Below, one piece after another: positions 61,431 through 64,000 of a DNA stretch of 64,000 nt. The notes beneath the pieces were generated by a model. That model was not told the DNA's origin, ran no database searches, and worked only from the letters and a program-made list of their open reading frames with translations. The first letter of the stretch is position 1. The number at the start of each line of letters is the position of its first letter. The position numbers were made by a program, and so were the translations under genes. Source of the DNA: a virus. The stretch lies in the IMG/VR virus record IMGVR_UViG_3300025834_000005, one strand, 5' to 3'.

Positions 61431-61676
61431 TTACCAAGTCTTTTTATTAAAAAGATAAACAGGCATATACATCCATCCTGTAGGCCATTGACGATTATCC
61501 GTAACATTTGTATTTGGCGTAATCGGTGTAGATGCTATAATATTTCTGGGGTTCTTTGGATTAGAACGACCATTTCTCTCTTTAGTCTCAACCCCAACCG
61601 TTAATTTTATCATAAAGTATTTACATATAAATACGAAAATATGGATAATAGTTACTAATTTCTGTAACAAAAACAA
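61431..61676 (-). CDS. possible small minus-strand membrane protein
   Basis: Only ORF covering a 276-nt + strand gap; its start overlaps the + strand promoter motif, so it is doubtful. Confidence 0.3.
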   Translation of the reverse strand: MFLLQKLVTIIHIFVFICKYFMIKLTVGVETKERNGRSNPKNPRNIIASTPITPNTNVTDNRQWPTGWMYMPVYLFNKKTW

Positions 61677-61692
61677 TTTAATTACGTATAAA
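61663..61692 (+). promoter_or_regulatory. phage promoter-like bipartite motif
   Basis: TGTAACA 61663; TACGTATAAA 61683; ATG 61707. Confidence 0.65.
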
Positions 61693-61706
61693 AAGAAAAA
61701 AGAACT

Positions 61707-61952
61707 ATGATTTTTAAAAAAATTACAGATACATGTAAACCACCGTTTAATCAGCCAATACTTTTACTTGAAAGTAGAAATAAAGTAAATACAGTATCAA
61801 CAGGGCATTTAACGTCTATAGATGCAAAAGGCTTTAATTTCTCAACGTCAAATATGGGTGACATATTCGGCATATTCGGTTCGAATTTGAATCCATTTAA
61901 GCCGACGCATTGGTGTGAAATTATTATAGAATTGGAGGACTCATGTCAATAA
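61707..61952 (+). CDS. hypothetical protein
   Basis: ORF track. Confidence 0.55.
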   Translation: MIFKKITDTCKPPFNQPILLLESRNKVNTVSTGHLTSIDAKGFNFSTSNMGDIFGIFGSNLNPFKPTHWCEIIIELEDSCQ

Positions 61953-62200
61953 AACTAAATGACAGATGTGCCAATTTTAAAGTAGCCATGAATATCGCAG
62001 AAATGCCTGTTGATGACGTTGGTATCGAATTTATAGTAGGGGTGTTCGATCTCTTAAATCAAAAAAGAGGCGAAGCTACTATTAGAGAAATTTTAAAACT
62101 AAAAAATAAAATTATCAGTAAATATGTTGTAGACGCTCAACAACAGCAACTTAATAGCATGAATGATATAAATGACGAAAATATAAACGAAAATGAATAG
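61943..62200 (+). CDS. hypothetical protein
   Basis: ORF track. Confidence 0.55.
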   Translation: MSIKLNDRCANFKVAMNIAEMPVDDVGIEFIVGVFDLLNQKRGEATIREILKLKNKIISKYVVDAQQQQLNSMNDINDENINENE

Positions 62201-62663
62201 AACAAATTTAGAATATAGAATGTATTTTCTTGTGTTAGGCTCACTACAAGGTATTAATAAAGGAATTCAGTGTGGGCATGCCGCATTAGAGTATGTGGAC
62301 GAATATGGCAGTAATGACGATTACCGAGACTTTTTCGAGAATGATAAAACATTCATTATGCTGAATGGCGGAACGTCTAATAATGGCTTCGATGAAGATG
62401 GTAAATTCTTAGGTTCTTTGAATATGATTGCTGATGAATTAAATTCAAATAATATCAACTTTGCCATGTTTTATGAGCCAGATATTAACAATGCCTTAAC
62501 AGCTGTATGTTTTCTTGCTGATGAAAGAGTTTATAATAAGTTTATTTATCCTGACTATGATTCAGATAATTTCACGTCCTATGAGCAATGGCTTTCAGAT
62601 ATTGGCGGAACTAAGAACTTCATCCTACGAGAAATTCTCGACGGAAAAAAATTAGCGTCATGA
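62193..62663 (+). CDS. hypothetical protein (weak PTH2-like GIQCGHAA motif)
   Basis: ORF track; the motif resemblance is weak. Confidence 0.55.
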   Translation: MNRTNLEYRMYFLVLGSLQGINKGIQCGHAALEYVDEYGSNDDYRDFFENDKTFIMLNGGTSNNGFDEDGKFLGSLNMIADELNSNNINFAMFYEPDINNALTAVCFLADERVYNKFIYPDYDSDNFTSYEQWLSDIGGTKNFILREILDGKKLAS

Positions 62664-63187
62664 CAACAGAGCCAACATTCATAATTATAGCGGCTGTTAG
62701 CCTTGACGGAAAAATTGGACATGATAATGATCTATTATGGCATATACCCGAAGACCTTAAGCATTTCAAAGAAAACACCATAAATCAGGTATTACTTATG
62801 GGCTTAAATACCTTTAAGTTTTTGCCAGAGGTTGCAAAAAAGAACCGTAAGTTTATCATTCTTAATGGTAGCGAAGAAGATTTAAAACATGAGTCTATCT
62901 TATTTCAATGTGCTTCAATAACTGAATTATTCGAAGAATTAAAATTTGATCAATATCAGGATATAAAAAGCATTTATGTTGCTGGTGGTGCAATGGTTTA
63001 CAATTCAATGATACCATTCTGCGATAAGGCTTTATTAACTCTTGTTGAAGAATGTTTCCCCGATGCTAATAAAGGCTTTCCATCGGAACTATTTCTAAAA
63101 ATGTTTGAATTAGATGATGATGATTTCGTATACAATAGAAGCAAATCAAATATAATATATTCATTTCGTCGATATACTCGCAAATGA
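62660..63187 (+). CDS. dihydrofolate reductase
   Basis: IIAAVSLDGKIG...LLWHIPEDLKHFKE...LLMGLNTF...YVAGGAMVY. Confidence 0.85.
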   Translation: MTTEPTFIIIAAVSLDGKIGHDNDLLWHIPEDLKHFKENTINQVLLMGLNTFKFLPEVAKKNRKFIILNGSEEDLKHESILFQCASITELFEELKFDQYQDIKSIYVAGGAMVYNSMIPFCDKALLTLVEECFPDANKGFPSELFLKMFELDDDDFVYNRSKSNIIYSFRRYTRK

Positions 63188-63214
63188 TGTAACAAAAAAA
63201 AATAACTTAGTATG

Positions 63215-63250
63215 AATAATGTGTATGAGTCAAACCATGCACATTATTTT
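63215..63250 (+). terminator. 13-bp hairpin + T-run
   Basis: AATAATGTGTATG 63215-63227 pairs with CATGCACATTATT 63236-63248 (one G-U pair). Confidence 0.6.
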
Positions 63251-63262
63251 TAATATATACAT

Positions 63263-64000
63263 ATGAACGACAAAGAACTAATATTACCAAATAATAAGTT
63301 GATCACATTTAATGATCAGCAATATGATGGCATTAATTTAATGCGTCAATGGCTTAAAACCGATAATAAGTTCTTCACTTTAGCTGGCTATGCTGGAACA
63401 GGTAAAACTACCATAGTAAAGAAAATACTTGATGAATCCAGCAGAAAAATAGCCGTATCAGCACCTACACATAAAGCTAAGAAAGTTGTTGCACGATCAA
63501 CATCACAAGAAGCTTTAACATTACAAGCTATATGTGGATTAAGACCAGATGTAGACCTTGATAATTTCAATCCAAATAGTCCCGAATTCGGAGTAATCGC
63601 AATACCTAAGATCAGCAATTTTGATATTTTAGCTATTGATGAAGCATCTATGATCAACGCTGATTTATTCGCTTTAATTAAAAGGTTATCCGAAAAAGCA
63701 GCTACTCAGATATTATTCATGGGTGACCCTGCACAGATACCGCCCATAAATGAGAAAGAAAGTGTTGTTTTCAACGATTCGTCAATCTTAATGCATTGGC
63801 TTACAAAGATAGAACGTCAAACTGACGGCAATGCATTGTGTGTTATTTACGATGCATTAAGAAACAACCTAAACAGATCGGACGGCGGATTCAACAGAAT
63901 CACAGATATTAACAGCGATGGTGAAGGCGTTATCTTTACAAAGAGTAAAAGATTTTTTAGAGATCGCTTACTAAAGGAATTTTCATCAGAAGAGTTTAAA
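63263..64000 (+). CDS. dda: Dda-like SF1 (RecD-family) DNA helicase, 3'-truncated by window end
   Basis: Not in the ORF track because it has no stop; read by hand from ATG 63263. Walker A GYAGTGKTT, motif II AIDEASM, motif III FMGDPAQIPP. Confidence 0.85.
   Translation, partial: MNDKELILPNNKLITFNDQQYDGINLMRQWLKTDNKFFTLAGYAGTGKTTIVKKILDESSRKIAVSAPTHKAKKVVARSTSQEALTLQAICGLRPDVDLDNFNPNSPEFGVIAIPKISNFDILAIDEASMINADLFALIKRLSEKAATQILFMGDPAQIPPINEKESVVFNDSSILMHWLTKIERQTDGNALCVIYDALRNNLNRSDGGFNRITDINSDGEGVIFTKSKRFFRDRLLKEFSSEEFK

Noticed and set aside
63388-63657. Minus-strand ORF 63388..63657
   Set aside because: It is antisense to the Dda-like helicase frame, which has clear Walker A, motif II and motif III. 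The same reasoning applies to antisense track ORFs such as 43893..44276, 16105..16467, 31230..31615, 45677..46448 and 51824..52111.

Overview
AT-rich, densely packed region that reads as a large T4-like (possibly jumbo) phage genome, probably of a Bacteroidota host. Supporting genes are rIIA/rIIB, a Dda-like helicase, DHFR, a GH24 lysozyme, three families of free-standing homing endonuclease and many lipoprotein-type signal peptides; I saw essentially no Shine-Dalgarno sites. Almost all genes lie on the + strand in short operons. Each operon is preceded by one of 33 copies of a bipartite motif, TTTGTAACC(T)n-N-TTACGTATAAC, which is often fused to the preceding terminator hairpin.

Five things stand out.
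1. The window opens inside a CRISPR-like array of 36-nt repeats and about 30-nt spacers. No cas gene is present in the 64 kb, and every repeat copy differs from the others.
2. Two ORF-free tracts of 0.6-0.7 kb (19.4-21.1 kb) each follow a tRNA-like element and share sequence blocks. They are candidate large structured RNAs.
3. None of the tRNA-like genes I could fold by eye is canonical. For two of them (22291-22381 and 58910-59033), deleting one contiguous insert at anticodon-stem position 28/29 restores a perfect cloverleaf.
4. A Ro60/TROVE-vWA gene is followed by a 0.55-kb noncoding cluster. It holds five copies of a small structured RNA module with a covarying helix, and one copy is circularly permuted inside the tRNA-Lys-like gene. 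This is Y-RNA-like.
5. RNA-repair genes are enriched: RtcB, a Thg1-like enzyme and an HNH-RNA ligase fusion.

A 4.7-kb minus-strand island (tyrosine recombinase, SGNH esterase, LamG protein) interrupts the gene train. All functional calls come from motifs read by eye in the translations; no database search was possible.
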